From Eledone cirrhosa (lineage: Eukaryota), in the NCBI GenBank assembly GCA_964016885.1, contig OZ024746.1:80910001-80974000 (forward strand): DNA of 64,000 bases, given 5' to 3'. Each line of letters opens with the position of its first letter. Positions within the stretch are counted from its first letter, which is position 1. The position numbers were made by a program, and so were the translations under genes. Positions 41,128-53,947 of this stretch are shown in pieces. The notes below the pieces were generated by a model. The model was given only the letters and a program-made list of their open reading frames with translations. It was not told the origin of the DNA and did no database searches.

Positions 41128-42362
41128 TTAAAGTCTAAACTTTAATATCTTAAACATAATGTAACAATACAAATTATTTATATTCAAAGTTGGTACCAAG
41201 TATTTAGTACTTTAGGCTAGTTCTAATATATGTGCCCTCTTTTCTCAGCTGTATACACTATTCTAAAAAATAAAATAATTTCAACTTACAGTTTGGGAAG
41301 CTGACAAAACCTAATTTTTGAGACTTCTTACTCTGGCCACAATAACGAAATTACTAAGCTTTTATTTTCCTTTACACAATCCACACCAAATATGACAAGT
41401 CATAATACCACACAACCCTCTACTCTGCTTTATATATTTCCACATCATTACTACATGGCATAAATGTTTAGTGATTTATTTATTAATTGCAGGAAATACA
41501 AATTTGTTTGAAGCTGCGATCATTTAAGGCTCACTAATGCACCCTTCTTAGGTCTGCACTCAAGATGGCTGCCTAGTTGGCCTTAATGGCAGTGTCAGTC
41601 CTTTTTACATTCAAAGAGTTGTGGTTGTGTTTGAAATAAGTATCTCATCGTTTCCCTATTTGCTTTGCTGACTTAACCATAATACAAAAGTAAACAGTAC
41701 AGACAAAGAAAGAACTCAAAGTAAATTGGTGCTGCCTAAAACCTATCACAGAGCCAAATAAGAACTAATTTAAATATATCCAGTTAATAGGAGACTTGTT
41801 GCTGCTACTATTCAAATACTAGTGTTTGTTTGAATAGTAGCACTTTTTCAATGCAGTAGTTTTGCTAATGCCACATATATTGTCCATTGAACATATAACA
41901 ACATTGGCTAGCTCTCTTCATAGAAACAAGCAGGTTTCAACCATCCATCCACAAAGGTTACTGGACTATCTTTAATTCTGCTTGCCTTGGAGTTTTGAGG
42001 TCTTTCCTATCATCATCATCATCATTACTACCACCTTCAATGTCATTGTCACCACCATCACCAAAACCACCATCATCATCACCACCAACACTACCACTAC
42101 TGCTGTCATCATCATCATAATCATTGTTATCATCAATATTATTGTCACTGCCACCACAACCATCATCGTCATTATCCCCAACACCATCACCACTACCACC
42201 ATTAACATCAACATCATCACCACCACCACCATCAACTACTTTCTTTCGTCAAACAGTAAGTAAGATAGTTTTTTCTTTTCCTTAAGTACAAAGGTGTGGA
42301 TCTGTAAAATATGATTTCCCTTTATTGCTCCTTCTTGTTTCCTTTTATATTATTTTATATTA

Positions 42363-43308
42363 CCATTTTGATACCAAACCTCCCTGAAAACACACCTGGT
42401 TCTATGATACAAAATTGTTTGTATTTATCTAAAAACCTTTCACCATAATTTTATGTAAGAACCTTTGTTAAGTTATGTCCCAAACACCAGCTTAACTCTT
42501 TTGATAGCAACCTGTCTGAAACCACTTCCAGTTCTATGATAGAAAACTATTTGTTTTAAAGGGTTTATATTTATGTACAAAAACTTCTATCATAATTTTA
42601 TGTAAACAACTTTATTAAGTTATGTTCCAAATACCAGCTTAACCTTTTTCATACCAAATCGTCTGAACAGCCTTTGTTTTTATGATACAAAATTGATTGT
42701 TTTAAAGTGTTTGTATTTGTAAAAAGAAACTTCCATCATAATTTTATGTATGACCCTTTGTTAAGTTATGTTCCGAACACCATTACTCTATATATATACT
42801 ATTATATTTTTGTGGTAAAGGCTTTATCTTAAATAATATCGAATCTACGAGATTTTGATATTATTTATTTTGAGAAAAATACCTTAACATCAGTATGAGC
42901 AGCTGGTTATGGCCAGTTTGAACAGAAAGAGATGAGTGAATTCTGGAGGGATACGACCGGTTTAAATGCGAAAGGGTTAATAATGAGAAACTTAGTGACA
43001 TAATTAAATCTCTTTAAATTCTTGATTATTTTCAAAATTATTTGAAAATCATAGGCAGTGTTTTTCATTGGAAATATAATTAGTTCATGCCTGTATTTTT
43101 AGTGAGATAAACATTAATTTGATTAATTAATGAAGGATGTGTAAGGATTAGAATCATTAATTATTTCATTATTAATGTGGTATTTGTAACAAAAGGTTTT
43201 TCTATAAAATTATGTTGAAATTTTTAAGTTTAAATAGAAACAATTTAAAATGGGTGGTTTTGTTTTATAGAACCAGAGGCAGTTTTGGGCGGTTTGTTAT
43301 CAAAAGGG
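42363..43308 (+). mobile_element. piggyBac-like MITE family B composite: three left-end units plus a nested family A copy (42781-42976)
   Basis: Units start ~42363, 42495 and 42642 with CC(T)TTTTGATACCAAAC..GGTTCTATGATACAAAA; the right end TATAGAACCAGAGG..GTTATCAAAAGGG-TTAA is their inverse. Confidence 0.75.
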
Positions 43309-43487
43309 TTAACCAATTCTATACTCACAAACAACACATACATACACACACATACATTTTACACACACACACACCTCTTTCTAAATCAATAGCTACCATT
43401 TTTGTTTCAGTTTCATAACATCAAACTAATAACTGTATTAATGCTTCCCAGTAGTATATAGGGAAACAAGAATTTCTATTGTTATTG

Positions 43488-44912
43488 TTTGTGTGTCTGT
43501 GTATGTATGCCTGTTTGTGTATGCGTCAGTGTATGTGTATGTGTATGTTTGTATATGTATGTGTGTCTCTGTATGTATGTGTGTGTCTATGCATGTCCGG
43601 TATGTATGTCACTGTATGTGTGTCTGTATGTTTGTCTATATGAACATGTGTGTGTGTGTATACACACATACACACACATGTTCATATAGACAAACATACA
43701 GACACACACATACATACAGAGACACACAAGTGTTTGTGTATGAATGTATATGTATGCGTGGGTGTTTGTGTATGCAATCTGGGTGTCTGTATGTTTGTAT
43801 ATGCAAGTGTTTTTATGTGAGTGTATGTGTGTTTGTTTGTATCTTAATGTGTGTTTATATGTGTGGGTGTATGTTTGTAATGTGGGTATGTGTATGTATA
43901 TATATGTTTATATTATGTATGAGTGTGTGTGTATATGTATGTATGTTTGTGTATGTAATGTATGAGTATGTGTGTATATGTATGTATGTTTGTGTATGCA
44001 ATGTATGAGTGTATATGTGTATGTTTGTGTATGTAATGTATGTGTGTGTATGTGTATGGATGTAATGTATGAGTGTGTATGTGTATGTATGTGTGTATGT
44101 TTGTGTATGTAATGTATGAGTGTGTGTGTGTATGTTTGTGTATGTAATGTATGTGTATGTGTATGTATGTTTGTGTATGTAATGTATGTGTGTATGTGTA
44201 TGTATGTGTGTATGTTTGTGTATGTAATGTATGTGTGTGTGTGTATGTTTGTGTATGTTTGTGTATGTAATGTATAAATGTGTGTGTGTGTGTATCTCTG
44301 GGTGTGTGTGTGTATGTCTGTGTGTGTGTGTGTGTGTCTGTGTGTGTGGGTGTATGTCTGTTTTTGTGTGTGTATGTATTATGATGTATGTTTGCGTATG
44401 TAATGTATGAGTGTGTCTGTGTGTGTGTCTGTTTGTGTGTGTGTATGTATGTATGTTTGTGTATGTAATGTATTTGTGTATATGTATGTATGTAATGTAT
44501 GAATGTATGTGTATGTATGTTTGTGTATGTAATGCATGAGTGTGTGTGTGTGTGTATGTCTGTTTGTATGCGTGTATGTATGTCTGTTTGTGTGTGTGTA
44601 TGTTTGTGTGTGTGTGTGTATGTTTGTGTGTGTGTATGTCTGTTTATGTGTGTGTGTGTGTGTGTGTGTATGCTTGTGTGTGTGTATGTCTGTGTGTGTG
44701 TGTATGTATGTCTGTGTGTGTGTGTATGTCTGTCTGTGTGTGTGTGTGTATGTATGTCTGTGTGTGTATGTCTGTTTGTGTGTGTGTGTATGTATGTCTG
44801 TGTGTGTGAGTATGTCTGTTTGTGTATGTATGTATGTTTGTGTATGTAATGCATGAGTGTGTGTGTGTGTGTGTGTATGTATGTTTGTGTGTGTATGTGT
44901 GTGTGTGCACAT
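43488..44912. repeat. ~1.4 kb compound (TG)/(TATG) satellite
   Basis: Recurrent higher-order unit GTATGTTTGTGTATGTAATGTATG. Confidence 0.95.
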
Positions 44913-45202
44913 GTCCTCTATTATAATGTTATTTACATCCGAGTGCTATTTGTGCAATTGCAATATTATTGAGCAATGACCTCAAAAATGTACACATTCT
45001 ATAAATAATTTTATATTCCATTTTATTGTGTGTGTGAGAGTGTGTCTATCCATGTCTGTCCATCCATGTGTGTGTGTGTGTCTGTGTGTTTGTGTATATG
45101 TCAGTGTTCATTGACTTTATTTCTGTTGTGTGTGTTTGTGTCCATGTGTTTATATATGTGTGTGTGTGTGTGTCTAAATGTGTGTATATCCATATGTCTG
45201 CA

Positions 45203-45238
<36 letters not shown>

Positions 45239-48200
45239 TGAACCCATATATGTCCATACATACATACACACATATAGACACACAATTTCTATATTTTATG
45301 TTATGATTGGAAAATGAAACTAGGTTGATTTTCGTATGAAAATGATGATTTCAGGAAACTGGTTTCCATGGTGATTTTCAATATGATATTGATTTCTAGC
45401 CTAGGCACAAGGCCACATATCATTTATTTTTTTTTTTTAGTGGTGGGGAGGTATAACAATCGATTGTATTGAAAGTGCTGTTTAACTGATGTTTTATTTT
45501 GTCAACCTCAGAAGGATTAAAGGCTAAGTCAATCTTGATGGAATTTGAACTCAAAACATAAAGGAATGATGCAACAAAAGAATCAAAAGAATTTTGTCTG
45601 ATTTTTTACTGATTCTACCAATCCACCTCTCCTTTCCACCACTACCCTTTCTCCTCCACAATGCTCTCCCTTCAACAACACTCTTTCATCCGCCACCCTA
45701 TTTCCTCCACCCCAATTTGAGTAAATTGCTAAAATAGTAGATTGTTAAACTGGTTGCTTTATAAGGCCTTGTTCTCTATTGTTATTCTGTGTTCAATTCC
45801 TGCAATGTCAAATATTCATTTCATAATCAACCCATTTGACACTAGCCTGCCCAAAACTGACTCTGGTTCTATGAAACAAAGCCACCCATTTTACATGGTT
45901 CCTATTTAAATTAAAACCTTCCAACACAATTTGAAATAAGAATCGTTTGTTAAGTTATATTACTGTTGTAGGGAAAAAAAACCTGAACACTCCCTTTGTA
46001 ACTAAAAGTGGACTAGGCAAAAAGTCTATAAATAATAACAAAAGTGAACTGTCAGGTACACTGTGTGTATGTAGTCTCATGTTGTAGTATCTCGTTGGTA
46101 GTTCAGAATTACACCTGGTGAATATTTTGTTTTTCACCCTCATTTCGTACAGATACAGAAACAGGTGTGTCAGTCACACCATTATAACAATTACAGTTAC
46201 CATCCTAATAATTATAGCTTAATCCCACCAAATTCTTCATCAATTTATTCAGATAGAGTGTACATGGCTTGGACATGATGATGGTGATGTACTGTTTATA
46301 ATTTGGCAGGATTTTTCTGGATGGATGCCCTTCCTATCACCAACCACCTTACAGTATGGACTGGGTACATTATTCATGCCATCAGCACTAAAGAGGTTGT
46401 TTTACTGGATTCAAGAGTCCTCTCCACCTTGTGTTAGATTTTATGTGGAGTATTTGCTCTGCTAGATGGGTTGCTTTCACTTTGACTTACAGAGCCCATG
46501 TCTACCTCATGTGGTAGTCTTTAATCGGAGTTACTGTTTGTTTGTACTTTAATATAGCAGTTCAACAAAAACAGATAAATAAAATAAGTGGCCGACTTGC
46601 AAAATATAAATATTGGGGTTGATATGATCAACTAAACCCATTTCATGTGGTGCCCAGCATGACTGCAGTCTAATGACTACAACCAATAAAAATATAAAAT
46701 AGTATTCTGTTCTATTTCTTCATTATATAACTGCTACCTGTAACAGATTACTCATTCTCATGTTTCTTCCAGTTAATCACTTAAAGCTGGTGTTGAAGGT
46801 GAACTCACATCTGATATTCAATAGTTTCAGTGCAACTTAACTTCCTCACTTTATTCATTGCTGTATATGTGTGAATGAGTGAAAATGTGTGTGTATACGT
46901 GTGTGTGTGATTATGTTTGTGTGAGTGTGTCTCAGTATGATTGTGTATATTTGAATATATGTCTTTTTGTAATTGTGTATTTGTACATGAGTTTTGGGGC
47001 AATATTTTGTATGTGTATGTATGTATGTATGTATGTATAACTATGTATGTATGTATGACTGTGTGTCTATATATGACTATGTGTGTACATGATGGAAGGT
47101 TCTTTAAAACAAACAATTTTGCATTCTAGAAACAGAGGTAGTTTCTAGCAGTTTGGTATTAAAAGGGTTAAGATAGAAGATGGAAGAGGGGGCATGTTTA
47201 AATAACTCATTAACTAATTACATATTTTCTCAATAGCTCATTAAGTAATTACATTAACAGCCATTAAAATTACTCTTTAAACAAGCTCGCTATTTCCACA
47301 TAGCTTTTTAATTCTGTGTGATTTCAGTGGGTTAATATTTAAACACTAATTACTAATTCAAAGTTTGTATTATAGTTCTTTAGGTTTAGTACTTTTAAAC
47401 TGAAAAGATTCAATGCACAGTCAGAGCCACTATTTAGAGCCCTATACTAGATCTACTATAGGCTCCCCTCTATACCAGTTATGTGTCCCACCCTCCAAAT
47501 AAATAAATAGATAATTTCAACTTGCAGTTTCATAAGCTGGACAAATCTAGTTTTTGAAACTTCTTCCTTTGACCACACTGAGAAAGTTACTAAGCCTGTA
47601 TTTTCCACTACTGTGTCTAAACTCACCCATGCCAATTTGCTTAACAGGTCATATCCCCATACAATCCTCGACACCAAATGGCAAAGATGTTTAGCGATTT
47701 TATTTCTTGATCACATGGAATTATTATATATTTAATGATGATAAATACATAGTTGAGAAAATCAGGTAAAGTTTCTCTGCAGCTAGAAAAACTTGGACAG
47801 AGGCACCTTTGTTCACTTTTTCATCTCCAGAGGCACACATTTCAAATTTCACATTTTCTCAATGCTTCTTAAGGCTTGTTTAATATATTTTTAATTTGAT
47901 TATACAAATTTGTATGAAAACTGTGATCCTTCAAAGTTCAGTAATGTGTCTCTTTCAAGATAGCTCCCTACTAAGCCTTAATGATAGCACCAGCCCTAGA
48001 TGCACAGTACTTCTACAGCTGCAAGTGCACATTTTTCACAACTACTCTGCATCCTGCCACTCCTGTTCTACCGTCAAAGAAAGTTAACATAGGAAAACCG
48101 CATGACTACATAATTCATATGTCAATTTTTCTTTTAATTTGCAGAACCATCCCACCCATGTTAGTATGAAAATCAAAAACACGTGTTCCACCCCTGACAA

Positions 48201-48649
48201 TAAATAAGGACACAAGCCAAAAAGGAAGGACACGAGCATATACTGACGACCTAGATACACTATGCCTGATAAAAAAAAAATCATAGGATAATTATAGCTG
48301 AAGTGGTTTTCATTATAGATCTGCTTGGTCAGGTGACCTGGGACTAAACAATAATACATAACAATAGAAGAACAAACAGCAATAAGTTGAAACAATTTAG
48401 CTATCCCTACAATTATACCTTCATTGATCTTTGTTTATTTTTCATCCCCTCAAAATTTACGTTTTTGTGGGGAAGTTTTAACAATTCTCAAAACAATCTC
48501 AACAATTACTCATTAAAAAACTAACCAGTCAAGTGCTGGAGTCAATTTCATCGACTTTTTCCTTCGCCTCACTAAGTTTGCTGGCCTTGTGCTTAAATTA
48601 TAAACTATTATGTTTTAAATAACACAACCTTTTTATTTTTCTTCTTCAG

Positions 48650-48690
48650 GAACAAGAGTTACTACCCAGTATCAGTTAGTGAAAAACTTG
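48650..48690 (+). CDS. Candidate 41 bp exon
   Basis: Acceptor CTTTTTATTTTTCTTCTTCAG, donor TG|GTAAGT, two frames open. Confidence 0.35.
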
Positions 48691-50765
48691 GTAAGTTGAA
48701 ACACTTATGTCTCTGTCAGACCAACTTAATTGTTGTTGGAATAATCTGTTTTAAAATCAACTGATACTAAGTATGTTGTGGGTGGCATTGGTAATTCAGT
48801 TAATGAGCCCACTTAGCTATTGTTTTAGTTCCCATCCTTAACTCCATACTACCACCACCATCACCACCACAACCATGCCAGCACCATCATCATTGTTGTT
48901 ACTACTGCTACCACCACCATCACCTTAATAATAACAACAACCATACCAGCACCATCATCACTACTGTTACTCCCCAAAAGTGTCTAGAATATTCAGTCAA
49001 TTACATTACTCAAGAACAAAACAGCCAATGAGGATGCTTCTATATGGTCACTTCACTTGTTAGAAGTAGCAATTAAATATCCTTCAGATCACATTCTATC
49101 CTCCAAAAGAAAAATCACATTGAATAATGTAGTCCTAAATATATTATGTCTGGAAAAAAAAATAGAGCGATTAAGAGGTTGCAGCTTTTTTCTTTTTTTC
49201 ACTTTTAGTCAGGGATGAAAGAATAGTACTCATGACCCTTTTTTGGCATCTGAGACAGGTGGAATGTATGGATGAAAGGAGGGAGGTATCTTTGAGTCAA
49301 AGATATAGTGCAAATTTTTGCAACAGAGTGGACTTCATTAAAGGCACCCATGGACCTGGCAATACTGTTAAACAAGGTGATGTATTAAGTCAACCACCTA
49401 AGTAAGCCACAGCTGAATTTGAACCCAGAGTGTAAAGAGGCAGAACAAATACTGCAAGGCATTTTGTCTGATGCTCTATCAGTTCCAATAATCCACAAAC
49501 CTGGACTGGTATTTGATTTTATTGACCCTGAAAGGATGAAATGCAAAGTTGGCATCAGTGGGATTTGAACCCAAAGCTCATAGAGTCAGAACAAAAAGAG
49601 CAAGACAGTTTGTTCTATGCATTGATGACTCTGCCAATTTGCCACTGAGAACACTTTGAATTAGAACTGACCTTTGGCCAAACAACAGCAACAAAAGACT
49701 TCATCTGATATAGTCAGCAGATATATTGCTTCACATTTCTCTTTTATATGAAGCTTCTTTAAGAAAATCTATATATGAAGGATTTAATTATGACACTGAC
49801 TTCTTTCATTTATTGTCTTAACAAAACTACTTTACCTTGTGCTTAATCTCTCTCTTTATTTCCTTCTCTCTATCCTTCCTTTTCCCATCTCTCTCACTTG
49901 CACACACACATTAATCTTAGATATATAAGTTTATTTGTGTGCATATACTTACACACACAGATATACACAAACATACACTCATTATTTTCTTTATACCAAT
50001 TTTCATCCTGGCTTTTTCATTGAATGACCCAGTTATCTTAACAAAACTGTCAGTACATCTGTAATTTTCAAGTTGTCTACACTGTTTTGTTCACTAACAT
50101 AATTTGCAGTATGATTATTATTTAAGCAGAGAAGATTATGATTGTTTCTTAACGTGTTAGTGTCAGAAAATAGACAGTAGGGGACCGTTGGTGATAAGTT
50201 GGCAGTAGTTTGCAGTTGTGGCAGAATTAGGCTGCAACAGACAGCCAGTGAGAGAGAATGATAATAATCCAAAAGAGAGTGATTGGATCAAACAAAGAAA
50301 TGCTTGTGTTTTATTGGATGAAATACAGAACAGCATCAAGGAAAGGATGAAACGTAGCCAAGTAGCTGTTAAAATGTTGACACTTATGAACTAAATTATT
50401 ATAGAATTGAAAGTTTAAAGTTTGAAGGTTATTATTTGATTAACATTGACAAGTTTTTGTTCACTTCCTGATATTTTAAACTATTTTGATACCAAACCAC
50501 CCAAAATGTTCCCCTAGTTCTGTGACTCTTCCACCAATTTTAAAGTTTGCTACATAAAAATCTTCCAACATTATTTTATATAAGAACCATTTGTTATGTA
50601 ACAAATATCATCATAATAAATGAAAAATAATTAATAATTTTAGTATATCCCTCCAAATTCATAATTAACTAATTGGTATATTCTGGATTTCATTAGAAAT
50701 ATAGTTATGAAAGAATTAAAGAGGTTTTTTTCACATAATATTTTTTTAATAATCTTAGAAACTAA

Positions 50766-50960
50766 ATAATTGTTTCTACAATAGGCACAAGGCCAGCAAT
50801 TATCCCAGTGTATTACTGGTAGTTTATTTTATCGTCCCCCGTTAGGATGAAAGGCAAAGTTAACCTCGACGGGATTTGAACTCAGAATGGCAAGGACCGT
50901 AACTCTATGCATCAAAGCATGGCGTCCGACCCTCTACCGATATTGCCAATTCACTGCCCT
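50766..50960 (-). mobile_element. Deu/Nin-type SINE, full length with TSD
   Basis: Flanking direct repeat CTTAGAAACTAAATAAT. Confidence 0.9.
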
Positions 50961-51454
50961 TAGAAACTAAATAATATCTTTGACCATGAATCAGTATCAC
51001 ATTTGTCTCAAATACAGATCTAGTTCATGCATTGTTTTTCATTAATTTCAACTCTGAACATTATGCAATTTCTTTGCATCACTAAATTGTATATTATTAT
51101 AGCAATGATAAAAGATAAATGCTGTAAATGCATACATACATTGAATGTCTCATTACACTAGTAGTAAGTATATTATGAATATATATCTGCTTATACAAAC
51201 ACAAGCATGTATTTGTCTGTCTGTCAATATGTCTATGTATTTAACTATCTCTACATGCATACATAATTATTGTACTTCTGTTTAGTTTCCAACTACCAAA
51301 TTTCACTCAAGGCATTTTTTAACTCAATGTAATGGTAGAAGACATTTGCAAGAGGTTCAATGATATAACATTAAACTTAGAATCATATGGTTATGAAATG
51401 TATGAAAACTAATATTTACAGGAAATGTTATGACTATAATAATCGTTGTCGTTG

Positions 51455-51702
51455 TCATCATCATCACCATCATCATCACCATCATCACCATCATCATCAC
51501 CATCATCACCATCATCACCACCACCATCATCACCATCATCACCACCACCACCATCATCACCATCATCACCATCACCATCATCACCATCATTATCACCACC
51601 ATCACCACCACCATCATCATCACCATCACCATCATCACCCCCACCACCATCACCACCACCATCATCACCATCACCATCATCATCATCATCATCAACAACA
51701 TC
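51455..51702. repeat. (CAT/CAC)n microsatellite at an RTE-remnant tail (similar 42008-42240, 48848-48965)
   Basis: Direct inspection. Confidence 0.95.
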
Positions 51703-52281
51703 ATGTTTTCCATGGTGGCATGAATTCAGCAGGTTGTCACTGTCTGAGACTAGATGGGTCAAACACTACATCTTGTTCATACATAAGATTTTGGCATGGT
51801 TTTGTATGACAAGATGCTCTTCATAATGCCAACCACTTTACAGAGTTTACTGGATGTATTTTATTGTAGCACCAACATTATTACTTTACAATGTAGTAGG
51901 TGTATTTTATTGTGGCGCCAGCACTATCAAATCACTGGGCACTACTACTTTACAGAAGCAAATTAATAATGGTAATACCAATAAATAATATCTGTATTGA
52001 AAAGTAAGGTGGTAATGAGTAATAACATATAGTCTTGATTGTATTGAAAACATCAAACCTAAGTGATAGTTGATAGATGTATTCATGACAAGAAGAGCTT
52101 AGAAAATATTCTAACCTGTTCTGAAACAAAATCAAGACATTTCTTAAGCAGGAAAAAGCAATGTACTTATATACAATGGGGACTGAATATGTGTAGCTAT
52201 CACTGTATTTGTTTGTGTAAATCAATATTGACATCTGCCACATGTATATATATATATATACACACACATATATATATATAT

Positions 52282-52610
52282 AGTATAAAAGAGAAAACAC
52301 AGGTAAGCATTAAGAGAAGGATTTTATCCAGGTATTTACGACCGTTTCATTGGTAAGTGCAACCTTATATTGCTATACTGCAAATAGTATAGCAATATAA
52401 GGTTGCACTTACCAATGAAACGGTCGTAAATACCTGGATAAAATCCTTCTCTTAATGCTTACCTGTGTTTTCTCTTTTATACTTTATACTCCAAGATTGA
52501 ACGGAATTCTTACAAACTTGTGGAGTTACCCCTAACCGTACGTTGAAACCATCCATGAAACTGGCTTTCTTAACCAAAAACTGGATCACAATAAGCAATT
52601 TTTTGCTTCT

Positions 52611-52616
<6 letters not shown>
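52282..52616 (+). mobile_element. (TA)n-embedded fold-back element with a perfect 98 bp inverted repeat
   Basis: 52282-52379 is the exact reverse complement of 52386-52483 (loop GCAAAT); GAAACGGTC at 52417-52425; unique 3' tail then (TA)n. Confidence 0.65.
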
Positions 52617-52648
<32 letters not shown>

Positions 52649-52677
52649 CTTTACCACAGACCCTCCATCTCAACTCA

Positions 52678-52715
52678 CCTTTTGAAAAGCAGAAGAACTG
52701 CGAAACCGGTAAAGG
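52678..52715 (+). ncRNA. Decayed minimal type I hammerhead ribozyme (Penelope-type)
   Basis: CCTT-TTGAAAA-GCAG-AAGAA-CTGC-GAAACCGGT-A-AAGG then AATAAA. Stems intact, palindromic ACCGGT stem III, core has 2 substitutions versus CTGANGA. Confidence 0.5.
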
Positions 52716-52874
52716 AACCAAATAAATATATATATTTTTTAAAAAAATAAGACTTCAGTTGCATTTTCGATTTCATCCCTTTTTCTTTATACTTCCACTC
52801 GTGTAGGACACCTCGGTTATTTTTCACTTTGTAAAAAAAACCTCACTTTCTAATATATATATATATATATATAT

Positions 52875-53001
52875 CTAAGGCGGGTAAAATTCACAAGATC
52901 CATGGACGAGTTCTCTCCAGCGGTCTCTGTCCCTCATTATCGCTGCCATGTCCTGTGTCTCCAACATACGTTAACCTTGGTCTTCCTCTTCTAGTGTGTC
53001 C

Positions 53002-53003
<2 letters not shown>
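52875..53003 (-). mobile_element. Internally deleted 3' end of a third RTE-like LINE inside (TA)n
   Basis: Minus strand encodes GHTRRGRPRLTYV, then after a frameshift QDMAAIMRDRDRWRELVHG, the RTE-like GRP...DR..WR C-terminal motif. Confidence 0.65.
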
Positions 53004-53061
<58 letters not shown>

Positions 53062-53203
53062 GTATATATATATTTAATATAGACATGGCTTCTACAGGAC
53101 TAAAACTGTTTCATTCGGGAGAAATCTATATTAAATATTTATACTCTGCTATGTATTGAGTACCTTACTTACTGTGGTTACTTCCAATTGAACCCGGGAT
53201 AAA

Positions 53204-53249
<46 letters not shown>

Positions 53250-53288
53250 CCTACCTGTTTCCCTCAATCTTTCTAATTTCTCATCTTT

Positions 53289-53324
53289 TCTTTTGATGAA
53301 GGACTAGCATCCGAAATGTTAAGA
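53289..53324 (+). ncRNA. Decayed minimal type I hammerhead ribozyme
   Basis: TCTT-TTGATGA-A-GGA-CTAGCA-TCC-GAAATGTT-AAGA; C>T changes versus CTGATGA and GAAACGTT. Confidence 0.5.
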
Positions 53325-53760
53325 CCCTCTTCCTGCTATTTCAAGCGTTAAATTAATATATTCCTTCCATATACTGTACTGTTTGAGTCGTTATTTCTGT
53401 TTACCTTTTACACACACACACTCACTCACTCACACACAAATATATATATATATATATGTAAGCATGGAAAAGCAGACTTAAAATGGTGATGATGATGATG
53501 ATGATGATATATACATATATTAATTGTTGATTGACGATCCTTTCCCATCCAATGCAATGACTTCTCAATTGGTTCATATAAACTATCTTTTTACAAATAT
53601 ATCCAGAAAATAATTAGAAAATCCCAAATAATAATGAGAGATTTCAAGATGTTCAAGCCTCTTATTATACTTTATGTTGAACCTTTAGATATATAATAGT
53701 ATTTTACTATTTTATCCAGAATTTATTTTCTTTTTGTTTTTCTATTAACATGGAGCTTTC

Positions 53761-53947
53761 GGATTGGCAGCATTGGTAGAGGGTCGAACGCCATGCTTTG
53801 ACGCATAGAGTTACGTCCCTTGCCATTCTGAGTTCAAATCCCGCCGAGGTTAACTTTGCCTTTCATCCTTACGGGGTCGATAAAATAAAGTACCAGTAAT
53901 ACACTGGGTTATTGGTGGCCTTGTGCCTAACGTAGAAACAATTATTA
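53761..53947 (+). mobile_element. Deu/Nin-type SINE, young copy
   Basis: Near-consensus A box, B box, core and tail. Confidence 0.9.

Noticed and set aside
41493-41551. Candidate exon after TTAATTGCAG
   Set aside because: Stops in all three frames and a weak donor.
43489-44912. ORFs up to 313 aa (HT/CV-rich)
   Set aside because: TG/TATG satellite translations.
51357-51826. Poly-His, Ser/Pro and Gly/Asp ORFs
   Set aside because: (CAT/CAC)n microsatellite.
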